The notes: generated from the sequence alone by a model not told the origin. A stretch of DNA of 64,000 nucleotides from Longimicrobiales bacterium (GCA_965226375.1 CBDDCX010000005.1:264048-328047), one strand, 5' to 3'. Shown: positions 38,928 to 49,706, counted from the first letter of the stretch. Made by a program: numbers and translations.

Positions 38928-39851
38928 ATGTCCGACCAACAACCCGACAAAACCGTTTCAGCGCGGGGCGACGAGCCGTCCGAGCAGGAGCAGATCGGCA
39001 CCGCGGAGCCTCCGGCTCTGGAGGATGTTGTCGAGCAACTGCTCGACGAGGTGGGCATCCGAACCCAGCCGCTGCCGCTGCTCAACCTCGAGGGCTTGAG
39101 GGACAAGGTGGCTGTTGTCAGCGGTGGATCCGCCGGGATCGGGCGGGCCATCGTCATGGATTTGGCCAGGGCCGGAGCCAACGTGGCATTCTGCTTCCTG
39201 GACACCGGCGAGGAGTCCAGGGCCGAGGCCGACGACGTGGCGAGTGCCCTGCGGGAGCTGGAGGAGGTGCGCGTCCACTGTGAGGCGTGCGACGTTCGCG
39301 ATTCCGCTCAGGTCAACGGATTCGTCCAGAACACCGTCGAGCGTCTGGGCGGCCTCCACGTCGTGGTGAACAACGCGGGGGTCGGGCGTGATCGGGCTCT
39401 GTGGCATATGGATGACGACCAATGGTCTACGGTCCTGGACACGAATTTGTCCGGTGTCTTCCACATGACCCGGGCGGTGGCGCCGCATCTCCGGGCCCAG
39501 GAGTGGGGCAAGATCGTCAACATCACCTCCGTCCACGGACTGCGTAGCGAGTTCGGTATTGCCAACTACGCGGCGTCGAAGGCGGGGATCATCGGCTTCA
39601 CCCGGAGTGCCGCCGTCGAGCTCGGCCCCCGGAATATCAACGTGAACGCGGTTGCCCCTGGTTATATCCGCACGACCCGCCTGACGGCCGGCGTACCCGC
39701 CGAGATCCTGGATCAGGCGCGCGAGCGGAGCGTGCTGGGCAGGCTCGGAGATCCCCAGGACGTATCAAGTGTGGTCCTCTTCTTGTGTTCCGAGGCGGCT
39801 CGGCATATCACCGGGGTCGTGATCCCGATCGACGGCGGGTACCTCCTCTAG
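38928..39851 (+). CDS. SDR oxidoreductase (FabG-like)
   Basis: GGSAGIG, NNAG, YAASK, NAVAPG. Confidence 0.9.
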   Translation: MSDQQPDKTVSARGDEPSEQEQIGTAEPPALEDVVEQLLDEVGIRTQPLPLLNLEGLRDKVAVVSGGSAGIGRAIVMDLARAGANVAFCFLDTGEESRAEADDVASALRELEEVRVHCEACDVRDSAQVNGFVQNTVERLGGLHVVVNNAGVGRDRALWHMDDDQWSTVLDTNLSGVFHMTRAVAPHLRAQEWGKIVNITSVHGLRSEFGIANYAASKAGIIGFTRSAAVELGPRNINVNAVAPGYIRTTRLTAGVPAEILDQARERSVLGRLGDPQDVSSVVLFLCSEAARHITGVVIPIDGGYLL

Positions 39852-39882
39852 TGGGTCGAGGGCCCACTGGAATGGTGAGACG

Positions 39883-40593
39883 ATGAAATTCTGGGTGGGT
39901 ACCAGCGGATTCTCGTACAAGGAGTGGAAGGGGAGCTTCTATCCGGAGGATCTGCCCAACGATCAGATGCTCTCCTACTACGGCGAGCGACTCAATGCGG
40001 TGGAGATCAACAACACCTTCTATCGCATGCCCTCCAGGAAGGTGCTGACCGACTGGTCCGGTAAGGTGCCTGACGACTTCTCCTTCGTGCTCAAGGCATC
40101 GCGCAAGATCACGCACTTCAAGAGACTCAAGGAGGAGGCTGCCGACGAGCTCGCCTACCTCCTGGACGTATCCGCTGAGCTGGGTGGGCGCCGCGGCCCA
40201 ATCCTCTTCCAGCTTCCCCCGAACCTGAAGAAGGACGTCGAGCGCCTGCGGAACTTCGTGACCCTCTTTCCGGAGGGCTTCCGGTCTGCGTTCGAGTTCC
40301 GCAACTCGACCTGGTTCGACGAGGAGGTCTACGATGTCTTGAGGGACGCGGGAGCGGCGCTGGTGGCGGCCGACACGGGCGGGGAGGACGACCCTCCGGT
40401 GGTGGCAACGACTTCCTACGGATATGCTCGGCTGCGCAAAGAGGTGTATGAATCAGGCGAGTTGACCCGCTGGGCCGAAGTCTTCAGGGACCAAGGCTGG
40501 GAGGATGTCTTCGTGTTTTTCAAGCACGAGGATGAAGGCGCGGGGCCGGCTTTGGCCGACTCGTTCGTCAAAGAACTGGAATCAGAGGCGTAA
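39883..40593 (+). CDS. DUF72 family protein
   Basis: VGTSGFSY..WKG.FYP, VEINNTFY, FQLPP, FEFR. Confidence 0.92.
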   Translation: MKFWVGTSGFSYKEWKGSFYPEDLPNDQMLSYYGERLNAVEINNTFYRMPSRKVLTDWSGKVPDDFSFVLKASRKITHFKRLKEEAADELAYLLDVSAELGGRRGPILFQLPPNLKKDVERLRNFVTLFPEGFRSAFEFRNSTWFDEEVYDVLRDAGAALVAADTGGEDDPPVVATTSYGYARLRKEVYESGELTRWAEVFRDQGWEDVFVFFKHEDEGAGPALADSFVKELESEA

Positions 40594-40598
40594 CCCAG

Positions 40599-41030
40599 AT
40601 GTCCGAAGAAACCGCAGATCTCGCGGCCATGGTCGAGGGGGGTGAGGGTATCTCCACGATCCGTGCGAGCGGCACCTTCCGTGGCTGGAACAACATCCGC
40701 TACAAGGCTGGTCTCTCGGCCAAGAACGTGGGATCCAGCAAGCTGTCCATGAACGTGGCCACGATTCCCCCCGGGGGAGTCGCGTATGCCCACATCCACG
40801 TGGGATTCGAGCTGATGCTGTACATCCTCGAGGGGAATGTGCGCCATGAATACGGCCCGGGCTTGAGGCATGTCTTGGAGAACAAGGCTGGCGACTTCAT
40901 CTTCATCGAGCCTGATGTCCCGCACGAGGTGTTCAACATGAGCGACACGGAGCCGGTGGTGGCGGTCGTGGCTCGCTCGGACGCCAGCGAGTGGGGAAAC
41001 ATCAACGACTACGACCGGAATTCCGAGTAG
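40599..41030 (+). CDS. cupin domain protein
   Basis: AHIH..FE...Y.LEG, GDFIFI.PDVPH. Confidence 0.88.
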   Translation: MSEETADLAAMVEGGEGISTIRASGTFRGWNNIRYKAGLSAKNVGSSKLSMNVATIPPGGVAYAHIHVGFELMLYILEGNVRHEYGPGLRHVLENKAGDFIFIEPDVPHEVFNMSDTEPVVAVVARSDASEWGNINDYDRNSE

Positions 41031-41040
41031 GGAGAAATAC

Positions 41041-42786
41041 ATGATCGACCGTCGTCGCTTCTTCGCCTTCGCTGCGCTGACCGTACTGTGGTTGGGTACG
41101 ACCGGACTCACCGCTGTTCAGCCGCTCGCCACGCTCGCACCCGCGAGTGTTCAGGCCGACACGGTCCAGCCGGTTCGGGCGCCGCATGGTATGGTGGTGT
41201 CCGAGAGCGTCCATGCCAGCAAGGCGGGTGCCGATGTTCTTGCTGCGGGCGGGAACGCGGTGGACGCGGCTATCGCCACGGGCTTTGCGTTGGCCGTGAC
41301 CCATCCGTCGGCCGGCAACATCGGCGGCGGTGGCTTCATGGTCATCCGCTTTCCCGACGGGGGCACGACTGCGCTCGATTTCCGTGAGAAGGCTCCGCTG
41401 GCCGCACATCCCGATATGTGGTTGGACGAATCAGGGGAATACTCCCGTACCAAGCACCACAACAGCCACATGGCCGTGGGCGTGCCCGGTACCGTGGCCG
41501 GGTTCTGGAAGGCGCATCGTCTCTATGGCAGCCAAGAGTGGCGACGCCTGCTGAGCCCGGCGTCTGTTCTGGCTCGAGACGGATTCGACATCACCCCGCG
41601 GCTCGCTCGGGGGCTCCAGCGCCTCATCGAGGGACGGGGCGCTGCCTACGAGGGCACGGTCGCTTCGTTCTCCATGGACGGGCGTCCGCTGGACCCCGAG
41701 TACCGGCTCGTGCAGACCGACCTGGCTCGCACCATGGAGCGCATCGCCAACGACGGTCGGGACGGGTTCTACAAGGGTGAGACGGCTCGCCTTCTCGTGG
41801 CCGAAATGGAGAGGCGCGGCGGGATCATCACGCTTGAAGACCTCTTGCGGTATCAGGCCAAGGAGCGCACCCCCATCAAGGGCACGTATCGGGGCTACGA
41901 CGTCATCTCCATGCCCCCGCCCTCCAGCGGCGGGATTGCCATGGTCGAGATGCTGAACATTCTCGAGGGGTTCGATCTCGCGTCCATGGGCCACAACTCG
42001 CCGGACTACATTCATCACGTGACCGAGGCCATGCGCAGGGCCTACCGTGACCGGGCCCGCTACGTGGCCGACGTGGACTTTGTCGACGTGCCGTTGCACC
42101 GATTGACGGACAAGGACTACGCCGCTCGGCTGCGATCCGATATCGATCCGGTCAACGCCAGCGTCTCCGTCCCGACCGACGTGACGGAGCCCTACGAGAG
42201 TCCGGAGACCACGCACTACTCCGTGGTGGACCGCGATGGCATGGCCGTTTCCGTGACCTACACGCTCGAGTCGGGCTACGGCTCAGCGATCACGGTGCCC
42301 GGCGGGGGCTTCCTGCTCAACAACGAGATGGGCGACTTCAACGCGGGCCCCGGCCTCACCGACGCCAACGGCCTCATCGGCACCGACCCGAACCTGGCTC
42401 GCCCGGAGCAGCGGATGCTGTCGAGCATGACCCCCAGCATCCTGGCCAAAGACGGAGAGCTGGTAGCCGTGGTTGGAAGTCCCGGTGGCCGGACGATCAT
42501 CAACACGGTCATGCAGGTGATTCTGAACGTCGTCGAGTTCGACATGAACATCCAGGAAGCGGTCAACGCCAAGCGCTTACACCACCAATGGCTCCCGGAC
42601 AACGTGCGGATCGAGCAGGATGGAGTTTCCGCGGAAACGTTGGCGGAACTCGAGCGGCGCGGCTACACGGTGTCGGTCAGGGGAGGGCAGGGGCTCGCCC
42701 ACTCGATCATGATCGATCCCCAGACCGGTGACCGTCTGGGAGCAGCCGATGAGAGAAACGTGGACGCGGGGGCAGTGGGGAACTAG
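41041..42786 (+). CDS. ggt: gamma-glutamyltransferase
   Basis: GGNAVDAA, DFRE, PPPSSGG, ETTHYS, LNNEMGDF, LSSMTP, GSPGG. Confidence 0.96.
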   Translation: MIDRRRFFAFAALTVLWLGTTGLTAVQPLATLAPASVQADTVQPVRAPHGMVVSESVHASKAGADVLAAGGNAVDAAIATGFALAVTHPSAGNIGGGGFMVIRFPDGGTTALDFREKAPLAAHPDMWLDESGEYSRTKHHNSHMAVGVPGTVAGFWKAHRLYGSQEWRRLLSPASVLARDGFDITPRLARGLQRLIEGRGAAYEGTVASFSMDGRPLDPEYRLVQTDLARTMERIANDGRDGFYKGETARLLVAEMERRGGIITLEDLLRYQAKERTPIKGTYRGYDVISMPPPSSGGIAMVEMLNILEGFDLASMGHNSPDYIHHVTEAMRRAYRDRARYVADVDFVDVPLHRLTDKDYAARLRSDIDPVNASVSVPTDVTEPYESPETTHYSVVDRDGMAVSVTYTLESGYGSAITVPGGGFLLNNEMGDFNAGPGLTDANGLIGTDPNLARPEQRMLSSMTPSILAKDGELVAVVGSPGGRTIINTVMQVILNVVEFDMNIQEAVNAKRLHHQWLPDNVRIEQDGVSAETLAELERRGYTVSVRGGQGLAHSIMIDPQTGDRLGAADERNVDAGAVGN

Positions 42787-42842
42787 TCTCCGCGGAGTAG
42801 CACCAGCGGTCGGAGAACGAAACTAACGGCTGTGGGCGGGAC

Positions 42843-43781
42843 TTACGTGCCGGAACACACGGGTGTCAGCCACCCGTGCAGGTCTTCCTCCTCGCCCTTG
42901 GCTACGGCCAAGAACCGTTTCTGGACCGCTTTCGTCACCGGCCCGGCTTTCCCTTCGCCGACGGTGATGCGGTCGACGCTGCGAATGGGAGTCACCTCGG
43001 TGGCGGTGCCCGTGAAGAACACCTCATCCGCGGTGTAGAGATCCTCGCGAGGGACGGGTCGCTCTTGAACCTCGATACCCAGGTCCTCGGCCATGGTGAT
43101 CACCGCGTCCCGGGTGACGCCGCGTAGCAGTGAGCCGTCGAGTTGGGGCGTCACCAGAATGCCGCCCCGTACCAGGAACACGTTCTGCCCGCCGCCTTCG
43201 CTCAGGCGGCCCTCGGTGGACAACACCAGCCCCTCGGAATAACCGTTCGCTACGGCTTCCATCTTGATGAGCTGGGCGTTGTTGTAGTGGCCGGCGGCCT
43301 TGGCCTGCACCGGAAACGTGTTCGGGGCCGGCCGATTCCACGATGACACGCAGACATCGACGCCCTTCTCGAGCGCCTCTTCTCCCAGATAGGCGCCCCA
43401 GGGCCACGCGGCGATATAGGTCTCGATGGGACTGTGCTCGGGATCCAGGCCCGCCGCGCCGTATCCTCGCAGAACCATGGGGCGGATGTAGCAGTCCTTC
43501 AGCCCGTTGCGCTCGACCGTGGTCAGGCACGCGTCGATGATCTCCTGCCGGGAATACGCCGGCTCCATCCGGTAGATTTTACAGGAGTGGAAGAGCCTCT
43601 CGATGTGTGCGTCCAACCGGAAGACGCACGGTCCCTTGGGAGTGTCGTAGCTCCGAATACCCTCGAACATGGAGGTTCCGAATTGGACCGCAGTGCTCAG
43701 GATATGGAGCGTAGCATCCCCCCAGGGAATGACCTCCCCGTCGCGCCATATGTATTCGGACTCCGCGAGCTTCCCCGACAT
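42843..43781 (-). CDS. ilvE: branched-chain amino acid aminotransferase
   Basis: FEGIRSY, YIRP, KAAGHY, EG.GQN, GVTR, DEVFFTGTA. Confidence 0.93.
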   Translation of the reverse strand: MSGKLAESEYIWRDGEVIPWGDATLHILSTAVQFGTSMFEGIRSYDTPKGPCVFRLDAHIERLFHSCKIYRMEPAYSRQEIIDACLTTVERNGLKDCYIRPMVLRGYGAAGLDPEHSPIETYIAAWPWGAYLGEEALEKGVDVCVSSWNRPAPNTFPVQAKAAGHYNNAQLIKMEAVANGYSEGLVLSTEGRLSEGGGQNVFLVRGGILVTPQLDGSLLRGVTRDAVITMAEDLGIEVQERPVPREDLYTADEVFFTGTATEVTPIRSVDRITVGEGKAGPVTKAVQKRFLAVAKGEEEDLHGWLTPVCSGT

Positions 43782-43852
43782 AGCTTTCTCCAGTTAGTAC
43801 CATCGATTGCGCCGCTGACACCACACCCGATCCCCGGAGTGCCCTCCGTGCC

Positions 43853-44644
43853 CTACAGGAGCGAGCGGATCGCTCCCCCGTCCACCGGAATCGAGACTCC
43901 CGTGATATAGCTGGCTCGCTCAGAGGCGAGAAAGGTAACCATTGCCGCGCATTCGGCCGGTGTTCCTATACGGCCCATGGGGATCTGGCTTTCCCAATGA
44001 GCGTAGGCCTCTTCGGGCAGAAGCCCCGAGCGATCGGCCGCTTGGGCGGCCAGTTGCTCCAACCGCTCGGTCTTTGTGTATCCCGGCATGACGTTGTTGA
44101 CGGTGATGCCGAAATGCGCTTCCTCGTTCGCAAGGGTTTTGGCGAACCCGGTGACGGCGGCCCGCACGGCGTTCGACAGGATCAGGCCGTCGACGGGCTG
44201 CTTGACGGCCACCGACGTGATGTTGATGATCCTCCCCCACGCCGCTTCTCGCATGGCGGGAAGGACCTCGCGGGTCAGATTCAGCACGCTGTAGAGGTTC
44301 TGGCGGACGGCCTCACTCCAGACCTCTCGGGAGTGGCTCTCGAAGGGCCCCGAGGGTGGCCCGCCGGTGTTGGTAACCAAGATGTCGACATGCCCGAATT
44401 CGGCCTTTGCTGCCGCCATGAGGCGATCGATGTCGTGCGGCTCACTGAGGTCCGCCGGGACCGCGACCACCTCGACCCCGGTCTCGTCGAAAATCGCCTG
44501 CCGGGCCACCTCCAAGGGTCGAACGCTTCGCGCGCACATCACCAGGTTGGCGCCTTCCCGAGCCAGCTCGTCGGCGACGGCCCTCCCCAGACCCCTGCTC
44601 GACGCCGCCACCAGGGCGGTCTTGCCCTTCAGTCCCAGATCCAT
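43853..44644 (-). CDS. SDR oxidoreductase
   Basis: MDLGLKGK.ALV.ASSRGLG, NTGGPP, NNVMPG. Confidence 0.9.
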   Translation of the reverse strand: MDLGLKGKTALVAASSRGLGRAVADELAREGANLVMCARSVRPLEVARQAIFDETGVEVVAVPADLSEPHDIDRLMAAAKAEFGHVDILVTNTGGPPSGPFESHSREVWSEAVRQNLYSVLNLTREVLPAMREAAWGRIINITSVAVKQPVDGLILSNAVRAAVTGFAKTLANEEAHFGITVNNVMPGYTKTERLEQLAAQAADRSGLLPEEAYAHWESQIPMGRIGTPAECAAMVTFLASERASYITGVSIPVDGGAIRSLL

Positions 44645-44649
44645 CCCAG

Positions 44650-45021
44650 CTACCTCCGCAGGTAGTCGTCGGTCCCCGACAGCCAGTCTTCGCGGGGCGG
44701 CACGAAGATGTCCAGATCGAGCGTATCCTCGAGTGCTTCGGCCTTGTGCGGAACGTGGGGCGGAATGTGAAGCACTTCCCCGGCATGCACGTCGATCACC
44801 TCCGACCCGTCGTCTCCGATCCAGAAGCGCAGCGTCCCCTCGACGATGTACGTGAATTGCTCGTTGTGGTGCGAGTGCTGCGGGACGACGGCACCTTGCG
44901 CAAGGTGCACGTGGGCCAGCATGCCCTTCTCGCCCGTGATCAGCTGTCGCTGCAGAAGGGGGTTCAGCTGTTCTTTGGGAATTCTGTCCCAAGGGATATG
45001 TCGAACGGAGGCATCGCTCAT
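44650..45021 (-). CDS. cupin domain protein
   Basis: PQHSHHNEQ, IPPHVPH, DIF.PPRED. Confidence 0.88.
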   Translation of the reverse strand: MSDASVRHIPWDRIPKEQLNPLLQRQLITGEKGMLAHVHLAQGAVVPQHSHHNEQFTYIVEGTLRFWIGDDGSEVIDVHAGEVLHIPPHVPHKAEALEDTLDLDIFVPPREDWLSGTDDYLRR

Positions 45022-45221
45022 GGGTCTAGGCTCGATCTGAGGTGCGGCCTGAATGCGTGAAGCTGCAAGAGACCATGCGAATAGCGGGCGAGCAAGATGC
45101 GCCACGCCCACGGGGCGAACGGCCGGCTGGCCCGGTTTTCCTGGCTTCCTGGCGGCCGCTAGTTTACCGGGTTCGTAACACGCCCGCCGTCCAGCGAACT
45201 TCTGACTCAGGACGCTAGGAG

Positions 45222-45641
45222 ATGACCGTGTCCGACAAGCCGAATAAGACCGATGAAGAGTGGCGTGAGTCCCTCACGCCAGAGCAGTACCAGGTCCTCA
45301 GGAAAAAGGGGACCGAGCGGGCCTTTACCGGTGAGTATTGGGACACCAAGGACCCCGGTACGTACGTCTGCGCCGGATGTGGCACGCCCCTCTTTGATTC
45401 CGGGAGCAAGTTCGACTCGGCGTGTGGCTGGCCGAGCTTCTACGAGGCGGCAGACGGGGGCAAGGTGCGCACGGAGGACGACCATAGCATGGGTATGCGT
45501 CGCACCGAGGTCTTGTGTGCGGCGTGTGACGGACACCTCGGGCACATATTCCCCGATGGTCCGGAGCCCACGGGCCTCCGCTACTGCATCAACTCTGCGG
45601 CACTGACTCTGGAGCCGAACGAGCCCGACGCCGGAGAGTAA
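45222..45641 (+). CDS. msrB: peptide-methionine (R)-S-oxide reductase
   Basis: [29 protein letters not shown]. Confidence 0.96.
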   Translation: MTVSDKPNKTDEEWRESLTPEQYQVLRKKGTERAFTGEYWDTKDPGTYVCAGCGTPLFDSGSKFDSACGWPSFYEAADGGKVRTEDDHSMGMRRTEVLCAACDGHLGHIFPDGPEPTGLRYCINSAALTLEPNEPDAGE

Positions 45642-45864
45642 GAGGCCGGCGTCGCTTTGACTCCGGATCATCGCTCCAAGCGGACGGAAATTCCGGCGGT
45701 CGGCACTCGTATTTCGTCTGGTGGGCGGGGTGTACCCTTTTCGGTGCTTTGAATAGGTTTCACCGGCTCAGCAACCGCGGCTCCGCCGCGGCGGGGTGGC
45801 TCAGCCGGTAGAGGCTCGCCGCCCGGGGGCGCCCACGCACCTCGCGACCGCACATGGGGGATGG

Positions 45865-46506
45865 ATGAAATCTCGTGAGTTTCTCGAGCTCGTGGTGCGC
45901 TTCCCGTTGGTGGTGCGACGTGTGGGCATGGTGCTTGCAGTTCTGGTCGTGCAGGGTTGTGGTGGCGGTCCCCAGCCGGCTCCGGAAGCCGGGAGCATGC
46001 GGGGTGTCGTGCCCGACCTCCGGGGGCGACGGGTCATGGTCTATCCGGTGCAGATCCGGCAGGGCGTGCCGGGGGACGTGGATCCGGAGATCGCTTTTGC
46101 GTTTCGGGAGCGGGGCAGCGAGATCGAGTGGGTTTTTCCTGAGGAGCTTCGGGCCACGCTCGCACGTGCGCCGGTCGTCCAGAGCAGAGTGGACGGCCTA
46201 CCCGTAAGCGTATTTCTCGGGGCGGAGGTGGATCGGATCGGCGACCCTCTGTATGGACAGGTTCGCCGCTTGGCCGAGTTGGTGAATTCCGATATCGCCA
46301 TCATCCCGGTGACCATTCGTTCGGGCGCCGAAGGGGCGGGGGGAGTCTCGGTGGTGGAGATCCTCACGACGATCCTGAACGTGAGGACGGGTTGTGTGGT
46401 CTGGTCGGGAGTCGTGGCGGGTCGTCCGGGGCCGGTGTCGGATTTCGGCTCAGTGGCGTCGGCGGTAGAGAAGCTGGCAGAAACGTTGTTATGGTACGTG
46501 CGATAG
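45865..46506 (+). CDS. hypothetical lipoprotein
   Basis: VVQGC lipobox. Confidence 0.65.
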   Translation: MKSREFLELVVRFPLVVRRVGMVLAVLVVQGCGGGPQPAPEAGSMRGVVPDLRGRRVMVYPVQIRQGVPGDVDPEIAFAFRERGSEIEWVFPEELRATLARAPVVQSRVDGLPVSVFLGAEVDRIGDPLYGQVRRLAELVNSDIAIIPVTIRSGAEGAGGVSVVEILTTILNVRTGCVVWSGVVAGRPGPVSDFGSVASAVEKLAETLLWYVR

Positions 46507-46517
46507 CAGAACAGAAT

Positions 46518-47036
46518 ATGATTGCGATCAGGACTTCCAGAATCTTGTTGGCCGTGGCCTCCATCGGACTCCTCGGCGGTGCGGCGTGCGAGGAAACCAA
46601 CCTCACGCTGCCTTCCGAGGCCGAGGCCCGTGCATACTACTCCGCCTCATCGGCCATCAGCGTTCGTGTGAGCGGGAATGTGTTGGAGATTCTGGTGAAC
46701 CAGCCGCTCCAACAGGTCCGTCGTGGAGGCTCCCTGTGGGCCAAGGTCGGACCCTACATCTACCTTTTCACGCAAGAGACCGAGTCCGTGCTCGATGCGT
46801 ATCCCGGGCTGGCGGGCGTTCGTGTCATCACGCGGACGAGCCGGCGGGACACGGAGGTCGCTCGGGCTTTCCTGCAGCGAGACAAGCTCAACGAACTGAC
46901 CTGGAAGCGAGCCAAGAATGTCGCGGGCACGGCGCGACTGGAAGGCACCAGGCGACCCTCGTACTTGGAGGATTTGGTCGAATGGGGTGAAGATCGCACC
47001 GAGTTCTCCTACAGCAGTGAATTCGTAGGACGCTGA
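46518..47036 (+). CDS. hypothetical lipoprotein
   Basis: GAAC lipobox. Confidence 0.65.
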   Translation: MIAIRTSRILLAVASIGLLGGAACEETNLTLPSEAEARAYYSASSAISVRVSGNVLEILVNQPLQQVRRGGSLWAKVGPYIYLFTQETESVLDAYPGLAGVRVITRTSRRDTEVARAFLQRDKLNELTWKRAKNVAGTARLEGTRRPSYLEDLVEWGEDRTEFSYSSEFVGR

Positions 47037-47112
47037 ACGCCGTACGGAGGGCGCCCGCCCTCCGATTTCACATTACATTGCCGCATCCCTCTTCCGAAGG
47101 ACGATCCACCGT

Positions 47113-48126
47113 ATGACCCAGACCGTTACCGTCATTCCCGGAGATGGAATCGGACCCGAGGTCACCGACGCGACTCTGGAAATTCTTCGAGCCGCCGGCG
47201 CCGACTTCGAGTACGATATGCAGCTGGCGGGTATCGCCGCTCTCGACGCTGTCCACACCCCGCTTCCCGACGCCACGCTCGACTCGATCCGACAGAGTGG
47301 ACTGTCTCTCAAGGGGCCGCTCACCACGCCCTCGGGCTCCGGATTTCGGTCCATCAATGTGGCGCTTCGCAAGGAGTTCGACCTGTACGCCAACGTGCGT
47401 CCGGTCCTCACCGTGGTGCCTGGCGGGCGTTATGAGGACATCGACCTGGTCCTCATCCGTGAGAACACGGAAGGCCTCTACGTAGGAGTCGAGCACTACA
47501 TCGGCATGGAGGGAGATCCCAAGGCAGCGGCCGAGTCGGTCATGATCGTGACCCGCTTCGGTGCCGAGCGCATTCTCAGGTATGCGTTCGAGTATGCGCG
47601 CAGACACGGTCGCAAGAAGGTGACGCTAGCCCACAAAGCCAACATCCTGAAGTATACGCAGGGGCTTTTTCTCGACGTCGGCCGTGAAGTCGCCGCCGAA
47701 TATCCCCAGATCGAGTGGGAGGACCGCATCATCGACGCCACGGCCATGGCGCTGGTGTTGGATCCGTATCGATTCGACGTGCTGGTGATGGAGAACATGT
47801 TCGGTGACATCCTGAGCGACCTGATGGCAGGGCTCGTGGGTGGCCTCGGTTTCGCTCCCGCCGGCAACATCGGCACGGACGCCGCCATGTTCGAGGCGGT
47901 GCACGGCTCCGCGCCGGACATCGCCGGACAGGGTGTGGCGAACCCGACCGGACTGCTCCTGTCTGCGTGTCTCCTTCTCGATCACGTAGGGCAGACCGAG
48001 GTGGCCGGTCGTATCCGGATCGCGTTGGACGGGGTGGTAAGCTCTGGTGAGGCGCGGACTCATGACATGGGGGGGAACGCCTCCACGGCCGACTTTACGG
48101 GAGCGGTGGTCCGGTCGTTGTCGTGA
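47113..48126 (+). CDS. isocitrate/isopropylmalate dehydrogenase family (NAD-IDH-like)
   Basis: IPGDGIGPE, RENTEG, HKANI, NMFGDILSD, EAVHGSAPDIAG. Confidence 0.93.
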   Translation: MTQTVTVIPGDGIGPEVTDATLEILRAAGADFEYDMQLAGIAALDAVHTPLPDATLDSIRQSGLSLKGPLTTPSGSGFRSINVALRKEFDLYANVRPVLTVVPGGRYEDIDLVLIRENTEGLYVGVEHYIGMEGDPKAAAESVMIVTRFGAERILRYAFEYARRHGRKKVTLAHKANILKYTQGLFLDVGREVAAEYPQIEWEDRIIDATAMALVLDPYRFDVLVMENMFGDILSDLMAGLVGGLGFAPAGNIGTDAAMFEAVHGSAPDIAGQGVANPTGLLLSACLLLDHVGQTEVAGRIRIALDGVVSSGEARTHDMGGNASTADFTGAVVRSLS

Positions 48127-48473
48127 CCTGGAGAACGAGTGATTCGGACCAGGCGGCCTGCATGCGTTGCCGCGAGATGCATCCCAGGGCCGACCTCGAC
48201 CGCTTACTCTGGTGTGATGGCTGTCTCTTGGCCGTTCACCGCAGGGCCACCCGGAGGGGTTGGATGGTCGGCCTTGTGGCGGCTGTCGTTCTCTCCATCT
48301 GGATCTGGCTCTACATCGAGCCCTCCAATCTGGTCATCGGCGGTTGGATCGGGACGGTGCTAGCGGCCTTCTATGTCGCCGCGCGCGTGGCCCGCGAGGT
48401 TCTTTACACCGCAGCGCGCCTCGGCAAACACGACGTGGTCGAGGCCGTTCCACCGGGGCCCGATCCGCACTAG
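48123..48473 (+). CDS. hypothetical membrane protein with two CxxC motifs
   Basis: CMRC...CDGC followed by two TM helices. Confidence 0.7.
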   Translation: MTWRTSDSDQAACMRCREMHPRADLDRLLWCDGCLLAVHRRATRRGWMVGLVAAVVLSIWIWLYIEPSNLVIGGWIGTVLAAFYVAARVAREVLYTAARLGKHDVVEAVPPGPDPH

Positions 48474-48521
48474 TTTCAGCCTGCGGTTCGCACCGATCCA
48501 AACGCAGCGCGAGGCATCCCC

Positions 48522-49706
48522 ATGGCGGGCAAGTATCAGGGCGTAGATTTCTACGACGTAGACGGTCTTCTCAGCGAAGAAGAGCGCATGATTCGGGACA
48601 CCGTGCGGGAGTGGGTGGAGGATCGGGTGATGCCCCTCATCGGCAAGGCGTATATCGAGCGTCGTTTTCCCAAGGAGATCATCCCGGAGCTCGGCGAGCT
48701 GGGAATGCTCGGCGCCAACCTGCCGGAGGAGTACGGCTGTGCCGGGCTCAACAACGTCGCGTATGGGCTCATCAATCAGGAGCTCGAACGGGGTGACTCG
48801 GGCGTTCGCTCGTTCGCGTCCGTACAAGGCGCACTGGTCATGTACCCGATCTACGCGTTCGGTAGCGAAGAGCAGAAACAGGAGTGGCTACCCAAGCTGG
48901 CCTCGGCCGAGAAGATCGGGTGCTTCGGCCTGACCGAGCCCGACTACGGGTCGAACCCCGCCGGGATGATCACGACAGCCAAGAAGACCGACGACGGATG
49001 GGTCATCAACGGCACCAAGATGTGGATCACCAACGGCTCCATGTCCGACGTGGCCATCGTCTGGGCGCAGACCGGCGAGATCGGCGACGTCAAGAGCATC
49101 CGGGGCTTCGTGGTGCCCACCGACACCCCCGGTTTCTCCGCGCGCGATCAGAAGGGCAAGCTCTCTCTGTTGGCCTCCGACACGAGCGAGCTGCACATGG
49201 AAGACGTCCATTTGCCGGACACCGCGCTCATGCCCGAGAGCTCAGGGCTCAAGAGTCCCCTCAAGTGCCTGACACAGGCCCGCTACGGTATCTCCTTCGG
49301 AGCCGTGGGTGCCGCCATGGCCTGCTTCGACGAAGCCCGGAGTTATGCGAAGGAGCGGGTGATGTTCGGTGAGCCCATCGGGGCCAAGCAGATCCAGCAG
49401 GTCCGGCTCGCCGACATGCTGACCAAGATCACGCAGGCGCAGCTCCTGTGCCTGCAGCTCGGTCGGCTGAAGGACGCTGGAAAGGCGACGCCCCAGCAGG
49501 TGTCCCTGGCCAAGCGGGCCAACTGCGACATGGCGTGCGACATCGCGCGTGAGGCCCGGCGGCTGTTGGGGGCGAACGGCATTCTGGTGGAGTACCACTC
49601 CATGCGGCACATGGCCAACCTGGAGTCGGTCTATACCTACGAGGGCACCCATGACATCCATGGGCTGATCCTGGGGCAGGCCGTGACGGGTTTGTCGGCG
49701 TTCTAG
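48522..49706 (+). CDS. acyl-CoA dehydrogenase (glutaryl-CoA dehydrogenase-like)
   Basis: ELERGDSG.RS, GCFGLTEPDYGS, KMWITNG, TYEGTHDIH. Confidence 0.92.
   Translation: MAGKYQGVDFYDVDGLLSEEERMIRDTVREWVEDRVMPLIGKAYIERRFPKEIIPELGELGMLGANLPEEYGCAGLNNVAYGLINQELERGDSGVRSFASVQGALVMYPIYAFGSEEQKQEWLPKLASAEKIGCFGLTEPDYGSNPAGMITTAKKTDDGWVINGTKMWITNGSMSDVAIVWAQTGEIGDVKSIRGFVVPTDTPGFSARDQKGKLSLLASDTSELHMEDVHLPDTALMPESSGLKSPLKCLTQARYGISFGAVGAAMACFDEARSYAKERVMFGEPIGAKQIQQVRLADMLTKITQAQLLCLQLGRLKDAGKATPQQVSLAKRANCDMACDIAREARRLLGANGILVEYHSMRHMANLESVYTYEGTHDIHGLILGQAVTGLSAF

Noticed and set aside
37570..48126. Alpha-aminoadipate lysine or leucine pathway cluster (LeuA-like, IDH-like, IlvE)
   Set aside because: The genes are scattered, no aconitase-type partner is present, and specificity cannot be read from motifs
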